A stretch of 19,257 bases of DNA from an uncultured archaeon (GTDB taxonomy: Archaea > Asgardarchaeota > Heimdallarchaeia > Heimdallarchaeales > Kariarchaeaceae), in the NCBI GenBank assembly GCA_964645535.1, contig CAZYCQ010000061.1, positions 1-19,257 of the forward strand, in the 5' to 3' direction. Positions 17,693 to 19,257 of this stretch are shown here, one piece after another. Every line of letters starts with the position of its first letter. Within the stretch, counting starts at the first letter, position 1. The translations under genes were made by a program, and so were the position numbers. The notes beneath the pieces were generated by a model that was given only the letters and a program-made list of their open reading frames with translations, searched no databases and was not told the origin of the DNA.

Positions 17693-18409
17693 TCATTCAA
17701 TGGCCACTTCAAGTCTTCGAATTCCGCGACCTTTGTTTTTGTGTTTGAGAATCTTGAATGATTCTATTTCCCTTGTTGATTTTACATGAAGCCCACCATC
17801 AGCCTGTCTATCCACATTTCCAATGGAAACGACCCGTATTGTTTTCAGCCCTTTAGGGAGGATATTTGATTTGGTTCTGATCAGTTCCGGATGTGTTTCA
17901 AGAGCTTCAATGGGGAGAATTTCAGCTGACGTCTGATGATTTTCATTGATGATGGTGTTCATTTCTTTTTCAATCCATTGCAGTTCCTCCTTTGTAAAAT
18001 TTCGAGACAAGTCGAAATCAATTTTTGCTTTTTGTGGAGTGATATCGCTTCCTGTCACTAATGCATCAAATTTTTTCCAAATGAGAGATGAGAGGATATG
18101 GAGGGCGGTATGCAATTTCATCATGGAATAGCGGCGTTTCCAATCGATTTTCAGAGTTACTTTCTCATTCAATTTGAAACCGGGATTCTGATCGAATACA
18201 TGAAGAATCCTCTCATCGAATTTTCGGACATCCACTACGTTAGCCACTCCAGATTTGGATGAGATGGTACCATAATCTGGTTTGACACCGCAGGATCTAC
18301 CAAAGAAAATGGTGCGGTCAAGTATTATACCTTCATCAAGAATCTCAATGACCGTGGCAGTAGTTTCTTTCAGATAGGCATCGGAATAATAAAGAAGTTC
18401 AGTCTCCAT
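17693..18409 (-). CDS. alaX: AlaX-M-type trans-editing protein (alanyl-tRNA editing)
   Basis: 238 aa. TELLYYSDAY, ILDRTIF, IDWKRRY-x-MMKLHTALHILS (HxxxH), IRVV-x-IG-x-VD-x-QADGGLHVKST-x-EI and NKG-x3-RR. Confidence 0.88.
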   Translation of the reverse strand: METELLYYSDAYLKETTATVIEILDEGIILDRTIFFGRSCGVKPDYGTISSKSGVANVVDVRKFDERILHVFDQNPGFKLNEKVTLKIDWKRRYSMMKLHTALHILSSLIWKKFDALVTGSDITPQKAKIDFDLSRNFTKEELQWIEKEMNTIINENHQTSAEILPIEALETHPELIRTKSNILPKGLKTIRVVSIGNVDRQADGGLHVKSTREIESFKILKHKNKGRGIRRLEVAIE

Positions 18410-18604
18410 ATTGTTAGTGGAAACATTGTGATTTATTATTCTGTTCCCTGTTGATATTCATGAAACTTTAGATTTAGAGGGAAAGATTTGTCTGGTTGTC
18501 CTATTTCTGAAAGGATTTTTTGTTATGATTTGTATTTCTTTTTGAATGGAAATTTTTTTTTACTTAATTACGTCATCCTATCTGAAAAGCAATAGTGATG
18601 CAAA

Positions 18605-19257
18605 ATGAAGATAAAACTACTTTTTTTGATCAAAATGGGGGTATTAGTTAATATTATTCTGATTTCTTTGGTTTCTTTCTCATTGGCAGGGAACAACAAT
18701 TACTCTTTTACAACAAAGAATTCCCTTATATCAAGCCCAGTCAGAGAATTTGAAACAGGGGATACTACACCAATCAGGATTTCTGGCAATGATGACTTCA
18801 GATCCCAAGCTGAGGCCAATGGATGGGCGGGAGATGGGAGCTTAGAGAATCCGTATATTATTGAAGGGTATACTATCGAAGTTCAGGAAACCCATGCAAT
18901 AAGCATCTCAGATACGAATCTTTCTTTTATTGTCCGTGACAATAAAATTTCTGGAATTGTAGCTTATTTTAGTGCTATCCATTTATATAATGTAGTCAAT
19001 GGCATCATTGAAAACAATCAGATAGAAAATTGTGTTGATACAGGAATTGAATTGGAAAATACGAACAACACTATTATTCGATCTAACACGGTTCAGTTCG
19101 GGATGTCAATCGCTGGAGCAGCAGCAATTAAATTAATGAATTCCCATTATAATGAAGTCGTGGGAAATACTATTTTAGATTTTAAATATAATGGGATTAG
19201 TGTTTATCACTCACAAATCAATTGGATTGAAGGTAACAGAATTGAAATTACTAAGCC
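18605..19257 (+). CDS. Partial (runs off the window) secreted right-handed parallel beta-helix protein, NosD/CASH-like
   Basis: Translated by hand; open from ATG 18605 to the window end: MKIKLLFLIKMGVLVNIILISLVSFSLA...PIRISGNDDF...GWAGDGSLENPYIIEGYTI..., then repeats such as AIHLYNVVNGIIENNQI, GIELENTNNTIIRSNTV and GISVYHSQINWIEGNRI. Confidence 0.85.
   Translation, partial: MKIKLLFLIKMGVLVNIILISLVSFSLAGNNNYSFTTKNSLISSPVREFETGDTTPIRISGNDDFRSQAEANGWAGDGSLENPYIIEGYTIEVQETHAISISDTNLSFIVRDNKISGIVAYFSAIHLYNVVNGIIENNQIENCVDTGIELENTNNTIIRSNTVQFGMSIAGAAAIKLMNSHYNEVVGNTILDFKYNGISVYHSQINWIEGNRIEITK

Noticed and set aside
18605-19257. True NosD of a nitrous oxide reductase cluster
   Set aside because: It shares only the beta-helix fold. 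No nosZ/F/Y/L in the window, and the N-terminal cap fits a generic surface-protein family.
1-19257. CRISPR array, tRNA, rRNA or defence system
   Set aside because: No regularly spaced repeats, cloverleaf-like or rRNA-like segments, or recognisable defence genes were seen by eye.

Overview
Gene-dense prokaryotic window, most likely archaeal and plausibly Asgard/Heimdallarchaeia-like. That assignment is an inference from GGTGA-type ribosome-binding sites, TATA-like boxes about 22-33 bp ahead of apparently leaderless starts, a non-lipoprotein PstS, an SPFP-TM-basic C-terminal tail and a GDGS-x2-NPYIIE beta-helix protein. Left to right: a complete pstSCAB-phoU phosphate uptake operon (+); a minus-strand respiratory nitrate reductase cluster transcribed as DOMON-B, narG, narH, narJ, narI, narK, followed by a second DOMON paralog (DOMON-A); an Fpg/Nei DNA glycosylase (+); a divergent S8 subtilase with a tightly linked surface protein behind an A17/T17 homopolymer (-); an AlaX editing protein (-); and the start of a secreted beta-helix protein missing from the ORF track (+). 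The most interesting observation is that a bacterial-type, Tat-less NarGHJI-NarK operon is headed by a secreted, membrane-anchored DOMON protein with candidate Met/His heme-b ligands, in the slot the cytochrome c NarC occupies in Thermus, and is bracketed by a close paralog. This suggests a possibly undescribed extracytoplasmic cytochrome-b accessory module for nitrate respiration.
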